62,397 bases of DNA from an uncultured Bacteroidales bacterium (GTDB lineage: Bacteria > Bacillota_I > Bacilli_A > ML615J-28 > CAG-698): the NCBI GenBank assembly GCA_964411675.1, contig CAYPLR010000005.1:1-62397 (forward strand), written 5' to 3'. Position 1 is the first letter of the stretch; every line of letters begins with the position of its first letter. Of the stretch, positions 26,236 to 36,226 are shown piece by piece. Both the position numbers and the translations under genes were made by a program. The notes beneath the pieces were generated by a model. That model made no database searches. It had not been told where the DNA came from and saw nothing but the letters and a program-made list of their open reading frames with translations.

Positions 26236-28017
26236 ATGAAGGGTATAAAGAGAACAATAAAATTAGCAAATATGGTTATTAAATTGTGTCCTTTTTATTT
26301 GATTTATAGTCTTTCTGATATTATTTTGGGATTAATCCTAACATTCATTCCAATAGGTATCGTTCAAATAATTATCGATTACTATAACCAAGGCGAGAAA
26401 TTTATTAAAATACTAATCGCTTGTGGAGTGACAACAATTCTATACTATACTATTCAAGTGATATATTATTTCTTTAACAAATTGTATCGACGCTACCAAA
26501 GAAGATTTATTAGTCGCTATGAAATTATGATTTTCAACAAGCTAAAAGAAATAGACTATGAAAAATATCAATCATCAGATTTCTTGAATGATTATAATCG
26601 AGCCATTGATGAAGGTGGTTGGGCATCCATTGAAGCGTTTTGGACGCTATCTGATATTGTCGCTAGTTTTGCAAAAGTAATTATGATATTTACCTTATTT
26701 GCATTGGTAGATTATATTATCATACTTTATGCCTTAGGGGTTGGAATCATCTACTTTTTCTTAGTAAAATATGTTGCTCAAATTAACTGGCAATTAAGTC
26801 AAAAAAATAAAAAGAACATCAGAGAAAGAAGTTATGTAAAACGAATGTTTTATCTAAAGGACGCTTCTTTTGATATTAGAACGAGCGAGATTGATCATCT
26901 TTTATTACAAGCCAATGATGATATAGGGAGTCGCGTTATTAAAAACGTAGATACAACATTATTAAAGAGTTCAATTGTCACCTTTGTTTCAGAAATTTTG
27001 ATTAGAAGCATTTATCCATTAGCTTTAGGCTTTATTTCGTATGTCACGTTAAAATCAATGAATTTTGGTTCATTTGTTGCTTTAACAGTCGCGGCTACAT
27101 CCTTGAGTAATATTGTTTGGAACCTTTCTGACAATCTGGCTTCTTTTGAAGTTGCATCCGTTCGTGGAGAAACGGTGTTTGCAATCATGAATCAAAAGGG
27201 AATTATTGAAATTAGTGGCACAAAAGAAGCAGAAGCATTAGAGAAAATAGAGATCAAGAATCTAAATTTCAGTTATGGAGAAAGAAAGACCTTAGAAGAT
27301 ATCAATCTGACGATTAGAAAAGGCGATAAAATCGCTGTTGTCGGAGAAAATGGAGCAGGGAAAACAACATTTGTAAAGATGCTACTACGACTTTATGACC
27401 CACAAGAAGGAGAGATTGTTTATAATAACGAGAACTATCGGGATTTAAAACCTGATAGCATTAGAAAAAAAATAGGGGCAGTTTTTCAGGATTTTCAAGT
27501 TTATTCGTTCTCAATAACAGAAAATATTCTTTTAAGAAAAAGTAAAAGCGAAGAAGATGAAAAACTGGTCATTGAAGCTTTAAAATTTAGTGGGCTTTAT
27601 GAAAAAGTGATGTCATTTCCTAAACAATTAGATACAGTAATCACCCAAGAATTCGATAAGGAGGGTGTCGAATTGAGTGGAGGAGAAAAACAAAAGTTAG
27701 CAATAGCAAGAGCTTACGCAGGCGATTATGACTTTATTATTCTTGACGAGCCAAGTAGTGCACTTGACCCTATTGCAGAAGCTGAAATTTATGATAAGAT
27801 GATGAAACTGGGAAAAAATAGGACATTGCTATTTATTTCTCACCGATTATCAACAACCATAAAAGCAAATAAAATTTATCTTTTTTCTGCTGGAAAGGTG
27901 ATTGAAGAAGGAACCCATCAGGATTTAATGAAATTGGAAGATGGACAATACCGCTATATGTTCAATATCCAAGCGTTAAACTATGTAAATGGAGTGAAAG
28001 CAAATGAAGACATTTAA
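26236..28017 (+). CDS. ABC exporter permease/ATPase, subunit 1 of a probable heterodimer
   Basis: TM domain; GENGAGKT, LSGGEKQK, ILDEPSS, SHR. Confidence 0.9.
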   Translation: MKGIKRTIKLANMVIKLCPFYLIYSLSDIILGLILTFIPIGIVQIIIDYYNQGEKFIKILIACGVTTILYYTIQVIYYFFNKLYRRYQRRFISRYEIMIFNKLKEIDYEKYQSSDFLNDYNRAIDEGGWASIEAFWTLSDIVASFAKVIMIFTLFALVDYIIILYALGVGIIYFFLVKYVAQINWQLSQKNKKNIRERSYVKRMFYLKDASFDIRTSEIDHLLLQANDDIGSRVIKNVDTTLLKSSIVTFVSEILIRSIYPLALGFISYVTLKSMNFGSFVALTVAATSLSNIVWNLSDNLASFEVASVRGETVFAIMNQKGIIEISGTKEAEALEKIEIKNLNFSYGERKTLEDINLTIRKGDKIAVVGENGAGKTTFVKMLLRLYDPQEGEIVYNNENYRDLKPDSIRKKIGAVFQDFQVYSFSITENILLRKSKSEEDEKLVIEALKFSGLYEKVMSFPKQLDTVITQEFDKEGVELSGGEKQKLAIARAYAGDYDFIILDEPSSALDPIAEAEIYDKMMKLGKNRTLLFISHRLSTTIKANKIYLFSAGKVIEEGTHQDLMKLEDGQYRYMFNIQALNYVNGVKANEDI

Positions 28018-29821
28018 GAATAATTTTATTATGATTAAATATGTTGCTAAGTTTTGTCCATTGTACATTGTTTCTTCATTCTTTGCGATTATTGCTTCCG
28101 CTATTTCAAGTTTAATAGAAATCATGATAGTTGAGAAAATAATCCACTTAGTATTAGAAGAAAAAGCCAGTTTCGATATCATTGTAAAGGAATTAGTTTT
28201 ATTCTTCATTATGCTAATTGCTTGCTTAATTGTACAGAGAATTCATTCTGGATACTTGGTTACTCGTAGTCGTCACTTATGGATGAAAAAAATTCAAAAA
28301 GTGATGTTTGAGAAAGCAGCGAAACTAGATATCGCTAGTTTTGATAATCCGAAAGAATACGACTTGTTCCATCGAGCATTAACACAAGGCGATTTAAGAG
28401 GAATCAATACCTTTGATGCGTTTGTTCAATTTTTACGGAACGTAGCGATTATTCTTACACTGGGAACCTATATTATCTTTAAGGATCCATTACTGTTGCT
28501 AGCTGTAGTTATTCAATCAACAATAGCTTTCATAGTTCAGTATAAAAATAATAAAATGTGGTATAAAACAGACAAAGAAATGGAAACCAATCAACGTCGT
28601 TATGGTTATATCAAACGAGTTTTCTATCTTGAAAAATATACCTGTGATATTAAAACTACCAATCTTCCCAATCTATTAATAGAAAATGAAGAAGAAGTAA
28701 GACTGAGTCTAGATAAAGGATATCGCAGTACGGAAAATAAAGGATTCCTATATAATATTTTTGAAGAAATTGCTTATCAAGTTGTTCGTAATTTTGCTGT
28801 TTATGTCTATTTAATGTGGAAAGTATATCGAAACATCATTGGAATAGCTACTTTTGCTTCCTCTGTCAATGCTATTTTACGAGTTACTAATTATATTTAT
28901 GGTGTTGTTTGGAGTATCGGTAGATTAAGAGATAATGCTCTCTATATTGATGATTTCCTTTGGTTAATGAATTACCAACCCAAAGTTGAAAATAGTGGTG
29001 GAAAAAAACTAGAAAGTACTCATCCAGTGATTGAAATTGAACATGTAGGTTTTAAATATCCAGATCAAGAAGAATATGTTTTGCAGGATATTAATTTAAA
29101 GATTGAACCAAGAGAAAAGATTGCCATTATTGGATATAATGGGGCAGGAAAGACAACATTGATTAAATTACTGTTGAAGTTTTATAATGCTAGTGAAGGA
29201 AACCTGAAAATTGATGGAGAGTCATTCCTCGATATCGATGAAAAAGAGATCAGAAGAATGTATGTTTCTTTGTTCCAAAATTTTCAAATTTATTCAGTTT
29301 CTGTGTTAGAAAATGTGCTTTTACGACCAAGGAAACAGGAAACAGATGATGAAGTTGTTTGGGAAGCTCTTAAAAAAGCAGGCTTGTATGATAAGATCAT
29401 GGCAACTGAAAAGAAACTTGATACCATAATGACCAAAGAATTTGATGACAAAGGACTAGTCTTGTCAGGAGGAGAGCAACAAAAATTAGCGATAGCTAGA
29501 GTTTTTGCTGAAGAAGCTCCTATCATTATTCTAGATGAACCGACATCATCGTTAGATCCGATATCAGAATATGAAATCAATAATAAAATATTAAAATTAT
29601 GTACAGAAAAAACGGTTATTTTAATATCTCATCGTTTGTCAACAGTAGTTGATGCTAACAAGATCTATATGATGGAAAAAGGTAGAATTATCGAGCAAGG
29701 AAATCATAAACAATTAATGAAGAAAAAAGGTAAATATTATGAGATGTTTGAAACACAAGCTCATTTTTACCAAGAAGAAGCACAAGAGCAAGAAAAAGTT
29801 CCTAATGCATCGTTCAATTAG
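28004..29821 (+). CDS. ABC exporter permease/ATPase, subunit 2
   Basis: TM domain; GYNGAGKT, LSGGEQQK, ILDEPTS, SHR; overlaps subunit 1 by 14 nt. Confidence 0.9.
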   Translation: MKTFKNNFIMIKYVAKFCPLYIVSSFFAIIASAISSLIEIMIVEKIIHLVLEEKASFDIIVKELVLFFIMLIACLIVQRIHSGYLVTRSRHLWMKKIQKVMFEKAAKLDIASFDNPKEYDLFHRALTQGDLRGINTFDAFVQFLRNVAIILTLGTYIIFKDPLLLLAVVIQSTIAFIVQYKNNKMWYKTDKEMETNQRRYGYIKRVFYLEKYTCDIKTTNLPNLLIENEEEVRLSLDKGYRSTENKGFLYNIFEEIAYQVVRNFAVYVYLMWKVYRNIIGIATFASSVNAILRVTNYIYGVVWSIGRLRDNALYIDDFLWLMNYQPKVENSGGKKLESTHPVIEIEHVGFKYPDQEEYVLQDINLKIEPREKIAIIGYNGAGKTTLIKLLLKFYNASEGNLKIDGESFLDIDEKEIRRMYVSLFQNFQIYSVSVLENVLLRPRKQETDDEVVWEALKKAGLYDKIMATEKKLDTIMTKEFDDKGLVLSGGEQQKLAIARVFAEEAPIIILDEPTSSLDPISEYEINNKILKLCTEKTVILISHRLSTVVDANKIYMMEKGRIIEQGNHKQLMKKKGKYYEMFETQAHFYQEEAQEQEKVPNASFN

Positions 29822-29837
29822 GAGTTAATTCAAAATT

Positions 29838-29869
29838 AAAAACGTAGTTAGAAACAACTACGTTTTTTT
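29838..29869. terminator. Bidirectional terminator
   Basis: AAAAACGTAGTT-AGAAAC-AACTACGTTTTT between convergent genes. Confidence 0.85.
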
Positions 29870-29948
29870 AATGTTATAAACAAAATGTCATGTATGCTGG
29901 AATACAAATAATTCCATTTATTCTAAAAAATACTACTAATCAGAGTTT

Positions 29949-30698
29949 TCATAAATCAATAATAATCTCAATAGGGCAGTGATCACTACCGAAAACTTGA
30001 TCATGGATAATCACATTCTTTATGTTGTCTTTTAATCTTGAAGAAGTAACAAAGTAGTCAATTCTCCAGCCGATGCCTTTTTCACGAGCAAATAAACGGT
30101 AACTCCACCAGGTGTATTGGATTTTTTCTGGATATAGATATCGAAATGCATCTAAATATCCTTCTTGAAGCAGTGTTGAAAATTTAGTACGCTCTTCAAT
30201 GGAATATCCTGGATTTCCTTCGTTAGATTTTGGATTTTTTAAATCAATTGGTTGATGAGCAACATTTAAATCCCCACATAAAATGACAGGTTTTGTTTTG
30301 TTTAATGCATTAAGATAAGCTTTCAAATCATCTTCAAATTGCATTCGATAATCAAGACGCGCAAGTTCTGGCTGGGCATTAGGAGTGTAGATCGTAACAA
30401 AATAAAAATTTTCATACTCTAGTGTTATAGCTCGACCTTCATCATTATATTTACCATCAAGCCCATAAACAACAGAAAGAGGTTTTCTTTTAGTATAGAT
30501 TAAAGTACCTGAATAACCCTTTTTATCAGCGGAATTCCAATATTCATAATAGCCGGGGAAAGCAAATTCTTTTTGGTCTTCTTGCATTTTGGTTTCTTGA
30601 ATAGCAAAAAAATCAGCATCAATTTCAGTGAAAAACTCTTTAAAGCCTTTGTTCATACAAGCACGAAGCCCGTTGACATTCCAAGATATTAGTTTCAT
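29949..30698 (-). CDS. exoA: Exodeoxyribonuclease III / AP endonuclease
   Basis: MKLISWNVNGLRA, IQETK, KKGYSG, GDLNVAH, GWRIDY, SDHCP; start set to ATG 30698. Confidence 0.95.
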   Translation of the reverse strand: MKLISWNVNGLRACMNKGFKEFFTEIDADFFAIQETKMQEDQKEFAFPGYYEYWNSADKKGYSGTLIYTKRKPLSVVYGLDGKYNDEGRAITLEYENFYFVTIYTPNAQPELARLDYRMQFEDDLKAYLNALNKTKPVILCGDLNVAHQPIDLKNPKSNEGNPGYSIEERTKFSTLLQEGYLDAFRYLYPEKIQYTWWSYRLFAREKGIGWRIDYFVTSSRLKDNIKNVIIHDQVFGSDHCPIEIIIDL

Positions 30699-30867
30699 AG
30701 TGATACCACGCTTTCTTTTATTTACCTTTTTATTATACAAAAAAGTCAGTTTAAAATCTATAAAAATGATTTAAAAGTGACAAATGCAATTCTAAATGTT
30801 AGAGTAAACAAGAATTAGTTTAAAAATAATTGCTAAAAGAAAGAAAAAATTGTTATAATAAGTATAT

Positions 30868-31560
30868 ATGGTGATACAAATGAAAAATGAATTTACGATA
30901 AAAAAAGAAAAAATAAAAGATATTCTTTCCCACAAAATATATCATGTTCTCTTCGATGAAGAAAATAAGGAGGAGTTTCAATCCTTTCGATTTCTTGTTT
31001 TAAATATTGATAAAGAAGAAGCAAGGGAGAAGATTGTAGATATTTTTGTTGAACTTTTTGGGGAATCAGCAGTCCTTTATATAAACGAAAGACCTGTTAT
31101 ATTTTATTTTGATAATCAAGGGTATGAAGTTAAAAATTTTTTATGGTCTATTATTGATGACTTTGGAATTAAGGTATCTATTTTTAATAGTGGAAAAATT
31201 AACTCAAAAGAAGCGTTCTTTACTATTTACCATTTATATGAAACATATATATCACCTAAAAAATTCCACTATTTTAGCGTGGGAGACTTAGTGTTAGAAA
31301 TTATAAAGAAAGACATGCAGGATTTGGAAAAATATCGAAAGATTTTATTGAACAATGTAGAAGATGACCAACAACTAGAAAAGCTAATCCTTGCCATGTT
31401 TGATAATAATTTGAATATTACAAAAACAGCTCATGATGTGTATATGCATCGTAATACCATCAATAATAAATTAGAGTATATTAAAAAAGAAACAGGAATG
31501 AATATTCAAGAGTTTAAAGATGCAGTCAGTATGTATTGGTTAATTAAATCAAAATCATAA
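30868..31560 (+). CDS. PucR/CdaR-type regulator with C-terminal HTH (YxkF-like)
   Basis: NNLNITKTAHDVYMHRNTINNKLEYIKKETG HTH signature; adjacent to msmX as with B. subtilis yxkF-msmX. Confidence 0.85.
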   Translation: MVIQMKNEFTIKKEKIKDILSHKIYHVLFDEENKEEFQSFRFLVLNIDKEEAREKIVDIFVELFGESAVLYINERPVIFYFDNQGYEVKNFLWSIIDDFGIKVSIFNSGKINSKEAFFTIYHLYETYISPKKFHYFSVGDLVLEIIKKDMQDLEKYRKILLNNVEDDQQLEKLILAMFDNNLNITKTAHDVYMHRNTINNKLEYIKKETGMNIQEFKDAVSMYWLIKSKS

Positions 31561-31561
31561 T

Positions 31562-31605
31562 TGTGCACTTTGCACATTGTATAAACAGGGTATTTTTAGT
31601 ATAAT
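31562..31605 (+). promoter_or_regulatory. msmX promoter with upstream inverted repeat
   Basis: TGTGCA-CTT-TGCACA (31562-76) directly abutting TTGTAT-17 nt-TATAAT. Confidence 0.7.
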
Positions 31606-31637
31606 TTTTACGTAAATGCACATTAGGAGGTAAATTA

Positions 31638-32759
31638 ATGGCAACTGTAACACTTACAAATTTGAATAAAGTTTATGATGGCAATGTTCATGCTGTTGTT
31701 GACTTTAATTTAAAAGTAAAAGACAAAGAATTTATTGTATTCGTAGGTCCATCTGGTTGTGGTAAAACTACAACATTAAGAATGATTGCGGGTTTGGAAG
31801 AAATTACTTCAGGCGAATTAAGAATTGATGATGAAATTGTTAATGATGTAGCACCAAAAGATCGTAATATAGCGATGGTTTTCCAAAGCTATGCTCTATA
31901 CCCACATATGACAGTATACGATAATATGGCTTTCGGATTAAAACTTCGTAAATTTGCTCGTGATGAAATTGATCGAAGAGTAAAACATGCTGCTGGTATC
32001 TTAGGATTGAATCAATATTTGGATCGTCGTCCTAAAGCTTTATCAGGTGGTCAAAGACAACGTGTTGCCTTAGGTAGAGCAATCGTTCGTGATGCTAAGG
32101 TTTTCTTAATGGATGAACCACTATCTAACTTGGATGCAAAACTACGTGTACAAATGAGAGCGGAAATTATCAAGATTACTGAGAGTTTGGGAATTACTAC
32201 TATTTATGTAACTCATGACCAAATTGAAGCCATGACTATGGCGTCAAGAATTGTTGTTATGAAAGATGGTTACATTCAACAAGTAGGAACACCAAAAGAT
32301 ATCTATGATAATCCTAATAATATTTTCGTAGGTGGTTTCATAGGAACACCTCCAATGAACTTTATCGAAGGTGTAGTTAATGATGATGGATTCTTCCAAT
32401 GTGGAGATCATAAATTAGGTGTTTCTAGAATTAAAGTAGCTGAGTCAAAAATGAAATTATTACAAGCTCAAAACTTTATTGAAAAACCTATCATTTTAGG
32501 AATTAGACCTGAAGATATTCATGACGAGCCAGAATTCTTAGAAAAACATCCAAATGAAACAGTTAAATTAAAAGTTGATGTTGCTGAATTATTGGGCGCA
32601 GAAACTAATATTTATGCTATTATGAATGGTCAAAACTTAGCAGCTAAAGTTGCAGCTAGAGTTGATATTCGTATGGGTGATGATATCGTATTAGGTTTCA
32701 ACATGGAAAAATGCCATTTCTTTGACCCAGAGACTGAGCAAAGAATCAAGAGAAATTAA
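31638..32759 (+). CDS. msmX: Multiple-sugar ABC transporter ATPase (stand-alone)
   Basis: GPSGCGKTT, PKDRNIAMVFQSYALYPHM, LSGGQRQRVALGRA, DEPLSNLDAKLR, C-terminal TOBE region; no cognate permeases nearby. Confidence 0.92.
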   Translation: MATVTLTNLNKVYDGNVHAVVDFNLKVKDKEFIVFVGPSGCGKTTTLRMIAGLEEITSGELRIDDEIVNDVAPKDRNIAMVFQSYALYPHMTVYDNMAFGLKLRKFARDEIDRRVKHAAGILGLNQYLDRRPKALSGGQRQRVALGRAIVRDAKVFLMDEPLSNLDAKLRVQMRAEIIKITESLGITTIYVTHDQIEAMTMASRIVVMKDGYIQQVGTPKDIYDNPNNIFVGGFIGTPPMNFIEGVVNDDGFFQCGDHKLGVSRIKVAESKMKLLQAQNFIEKPIILGIRPEDIHDEPEFLEKHPNETVKLKVDVAELLGAETNIYAIMNGQNLAAKVAARVDIRMGDDIVLGFNMEKCHFFDPETEQRIKRN

Positions 32760-32764
32760 TCAAT

Positions 32765-32790
32765 AAGCAGTCTTTCGGGACTGCTTTTAT
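32765..32790 (+). terminator. Intrinsic terminator after msmX
   Basis: AAGCAGTCT-TTCG-GGACTGCTT plus TT. Confidence 0.8.
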
Positions 32791-32814
32791 GCATTAAGAA
32801 TAAGGAGGGGGAAA

Positions 32815-33828
32815 ATGAAAGTTTTTATTATTGGTGGAACAGGATTGTTAGGAAGCCAAGCAGCAGAAGAATTAATTAAAAGGGGACACAAAGTGTCATC
32901 CATTGCACTACCGCCAATACCTGAGGGAGCAAATCTACCGAAGGATATGAAAATACATTTAGGTAACTATTTAGAAATGTCAGATGAAGAATTACTATTT
33001 CATCTCGAAGGTTGTGAAGGATTTGTATTTGCAGCAGGAGTGGATGAGAGAATCGAGAGACCACCATCGATATATCAATTCTTTAAGAAATATAATATTG
33101 ATACAGTAAAAAGGTTGTTGGGACTTGCAAAAAAAGCAGGTGTTAAACATACCGTTATTCTTGGTTCATATTTTTCTTATTTTGCAAAGAAAAACCCAGA
33201 ATTAGAACTTACAAAATGGCATCCATACATTCGTAGCCGAGTAGAACAAGAAAACGAAGCCTTTAAATTTGCAGATGGTGATTTTAATGTAGCTGTTTTA
33301 GAGCTACCATATATTTTTGGGACACAGGCAGGACGTAAACCAGTTTGGACTTTTTTAGTAGAAAATTTATTAGCAATGAAAAGAATAACTTTCTATCCAA
33401 AAGGTGGAACAGCCATGTTAACAGTAAGGCAAGTAGGGGAAGCAATTGCAGGAGCATTGGAAAAAAATCTTGGAGCAAGGGCTTATCCAATTGGTTACTA
33501 CAATATGGAATGGAAAGAAATGATTTCGATATTTAATAAATACATTGGACGAGAAAAAAACAAAATTATAACAATACCTAAATTTATGTATCGAATGTCA
33601 ATGAAAAAAATAATGAAAGATCAAATAGAAAACAATATTGAAGGTGGTCTTCATATGGTAAAGTTTACTGATCTTCAATGTTCAAATTTATTTATTGATA
33701 AAGATTTGGGTTGTGAACTATTAGGTGTTAGGGATGACAACATTGATGAAGCAATTGGACAATCTGCAAAATTAAGTATAGAGGTTATTACAAATAAAAA
33801 AAGAGTTGTGGAAATGAAAGAAGAATAA
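32815..33828 (+). CDS. NAD-dependent epimerase/dehydratase (extended SDR)
   Basis: GGTGLLG Rossmann motif, YIRSR (YxxxK-like), LELPYIFG. Confidence 0.8.
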   Translation: MKVFIIGGTGLLGSQAAEELIKRGHKVSSIALPPIPEGANLPKDMKIHLGNYLEMSDEELLFHLEGCEGFVFAAGVDERIERPPSIYQFFKKYNIDTVKRLLGLAKKAGVKHTVILGSYFSYFAKKNPELELTKWHPYIRSRVEQENEAFKFADGDFNVAVLELPYIFGTQAGRKPVWTFLVENLLAMKRITFYPKGGTAMLTVRQVGEAIAGALEKNLGARAYPIGYYNMEWKEMISIFNKYIGREKNKIITIPKFMYRMSMKKIMKDQIENNIEGGLHMVKFTDLQCSNLFIDKDLGCELLGVRDDNIDEAIGQSAKLSIEVITNKKRVVEMKEE

Positions 33829-33832
33829 AAAG

Positions 33833-33864
33833 AAAAAAGCATAATTTAAAGTTATGCTTTTTTT
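33833..33864 (+). terminator. Intrinsic terminator
   Basis: AAAAAAGCATAA-7 nt-TTATGCTTTTTT. Confidence 0.8.
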
Positions 33865-33873
33865 GTTTCGTTA

Positions 33874-33927
33874 TAGACAAGCGCTTTCATATATGCTATA
33901 ATTTAATTGTATCGGTCGCTTGACCGA
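33874..33927 (+). promoter_or_regulatory. Promoter of the TetR operon with palindromic operator
   Basis: TAGACA-17 nt-TATAAT (extended TG) followed by TCGGTC-GCTT-GACCGA at 33912-27. Confidence 0.75.
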
Positions 33928-33942
33928 CAAAGGAGTTTATAT

Positions 33943-34518
33943 ATGGCCAAAAAAATGAACATAGATATGCGCAATGAAATTCTAAAAAGTGTAGAGAGTT
34001 TAATCTCTATGTCTGGCGTAAATTCTATTTCTTTGAAGGATATAGCTAAGACTTGTAACATCAGTAAAGGAACCCTTTATTATTACTATACAACCAAGGA
34101 TGAGATTATTTTCGATGTCATTGTCAAGCATGTACAAGAATTACATAAGGAATATCTTGATTGGATTGAGCGTCATCAACAAGATTTGACAATCGAAAGA
34201 TTCTTAAGTGTTATTTTATACAAAGGAGTTAAATTGTTTAATCGAGCGAAATTACATATTTTTTTAGTGAATGAATGTATCAAGGGGAATGATGTTCTTC
34301 GCAATAAATTTAACGAATTATGGAATGAATGGCATAAAATTTTACAATTAGGTATCAAAAAAGCATTTAATAACGAACAGGAATCTGAAGATATTGCTTA
34401 TTTGTTGATGCTAATTATTGATGGCTTAGCAATCCAAGAAGTCCTACAAAATCAAACAATAAGCGAACAAAGAATCATAGGATTAATGAAAAAGATAGGT
34501 GAATGGGATGCTAGATAA
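33943..34518 (+). CDS. TetR/AcrR-family transcriptional regulator
   Basis: SLKDIAKTCNISKGTLYYYYTTKDEI HTH; start set to ATG 33943 behind AAGGAG. Confidence 0.92.
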   Translation: MAKKMNIDMRNEILKSVESLISMSGVNSISLKDIAKTCNISKGTLYYYYTTKDEIIFDVIVKHVQELHKEYLDWIERHQQDLTIERFLSVILYKGVKLFNRAKLHIFLVNECIKGNDVLRNKFNELWNEWHKILQLGIKKAFNNEQESEDIAYLLMLIIDGLAIQEVLQNQTISEQRIIGLMKKIGEWDAR

Positions 34519-36226
34519 AATTGTTGAAAGATTGAATAGGAAAATTCATTTGATCAATCCAAATGTCAATCTTTCCTTGAAAGAGGATTGCGCTTTATTA
34601 ACTGGTTCTAGCAATACTTGGGATGAAATTGTTGATCTTGGAAGAATGGTAGCAAGAACTAAAAAGTTCTACGGTGTGATTAACGATATAAAGTTAAAAA
34701 ATTTTGTTGAACCGAAGATGAGAATTTCTAGTACAATAGATCATGCCTATGAGGGGTTGAGGGTGGATGTTCTTGTTATTGGCGGGGGGATTGTTGGAGC
34801 AGCCATAGCAAGAGAATTGACGAAGTATAATTTGAAAATAGCACTTGTTGAAAAAGAGGATGATTTAGCTTTACATGCAAGCAGCCGTAATGATGGATGT
34901 ATTCATGTAGGAATCGATTTAAATAGTAAAACGAAGAAACTAGAATATTTACGTCGTAGCGTTCTTGTTTATGAAGAACTTGCAAAGAACTTGGATGTTG
35001 ACTACGACAAAATGGGACAGATTATAGCGTTTAAAAGCAATTGGGAACGATTTATTTATTTGATTTTAAAACTAAGAATCAAAAAAAATGGAATTCAGGA
35101 AACTAAGTTTTTGAATCGTGAAGAATTGTTTAAACGGGAACCCAATTTAAATAAAATTGCAAAATTTGGTATTTTATTTGGCACTGGAGCTTGTATTTGT
35201 CCTTATAATATGACGATTGCTCTTGCTGAAAATGCAGTTATGAATGGGGCAAAAGTTTTATTATCTACAGCGGTATTATCAATGGAAGTAAAAAACAAAG
35301 AAATTATCAGTGTAGAAACGAATCGAGGAAGAATATTCCCGAAAGTTGTCATTAATGCTGCGGGAGTATTTAGCGATATCGTGGCAGAAATGGCAGAAGA
35401 TAGATTTTTTTCTATCCATCCAAGAAAAGGGACTAATGCGATTTTAGATAAAAAAGCAAAAGATAAATTAATGTTTCAATCAACAACAATTTATGGAGGG
35501 CTGAAAAAAGCAGCGAAGGCTCACACAAAAGGGGGAGGAGTCATTCCTACTGTAGATGGAAACACTTTAGTGGGACCTACTGCAATTGAAACTCCTTATC
35601 GCGAGGACTTTACAACTAGCAGTGAAGAAATAAAACAAGTTTTTTCTAAGCATAAAAATAACGCTCCTAATCTACATCAAAGAGATATCATTACCTATTT
35701 TAGTGGGATAAGAGCAGCAACTTATGAAGAAGATTTTATTATTCAAAAAGGAAAATGGACAAAAAATATCATTCATGCTGCTGGAATACAATCACCAGGC
35801 TTAACGGCAGCTCCCGCAATAGCTGAAGATGTGGTAAAATATACTTGTGATATTTTAGGGGACATGACTAAAAACGAACATTTCAATCCTATTAGAAAAG
35901 GAATAATTAGAGTGAATAAACTTCCTTATGAGGAAAGAAACAAATTAATTTTAGAAAATCCCGATTATGGTCAAATTGTATGTCGTTGTGAAGAAATCAG
36001 CAAAGGTGAAATTATTGATGCATTACATCGACCGATTGCCGTATCAACAGTTGATGCAATTAAAAAAAGAACAAGAGCGGGAATGGGACGATGCCAAGGA
36101 GGATTTTGTCAACCATTAGTAATGGGGATTATTGCAAAAGAAATGAAATTAAATATAGAAAATATTAACAAAAAAGGGGACGGAAAAATTTTGTTACATC
36201 GGACAAAGGGTGATTATCTTGAATAA
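34499..36226 (+). CDS. GlpA/L2HGDH-like FAD-dependent dehydrogenase with N-terminal BON-like domain and C-terminal BFD-like [2Fe-2S] motif
   Basis: [45 protein letters not shown]...[12 protein letters not shown]; start may be ATG 34508. Confidence 0.85.
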   Translation: MNGMLDKIVERLNRKIHLINPNVNLSLKEDCALLTGSSNTWDEIVDLGRMVARTKKFYGVINDIKLKNFVEPKMRISSTIDHAYEGLRVDVLVIGGGIVGAAIARELTKYNLKIALVEKEDDLALHASSRNDGCIHVGIDLNSKTKKLEYLRRSVLVYEELAKNLDVDYDKMGQIIAFKSNWERFIYLILKLRIKKNGIQETKFLNREELFKREPNLNKIAKFGILFGTGACICPYNMTIALAENAVMNGAKVLLSTAVLSMEVKNKEIISVETNRGRIFPKVVINAAGVFSDIVAEMAEDRFFSIHPRKGTNAILDKKAKDKLMFQSTTIYGGLKKAAKAHTKGGGVIPTVDGNTLVGPTAIETPYREDFTTSSEEIKQVFSKHKNNAPNLHQRDIITYFSGIRAATYEEDFIIQKGKWTKNIIHAAGIQSPGLTAAPAIAEDVVKYTCDILGDMTKNEHFNPIRKGIIRVNKLPYEERNKLILENPDYGQIVCRCEEISKGEIIDALHRPIAVSTVDAIKKRTRAGMGRCQGGFCQPLVMGIIAKEMKLNIENINKKGDGKILLHRTKGDYLE

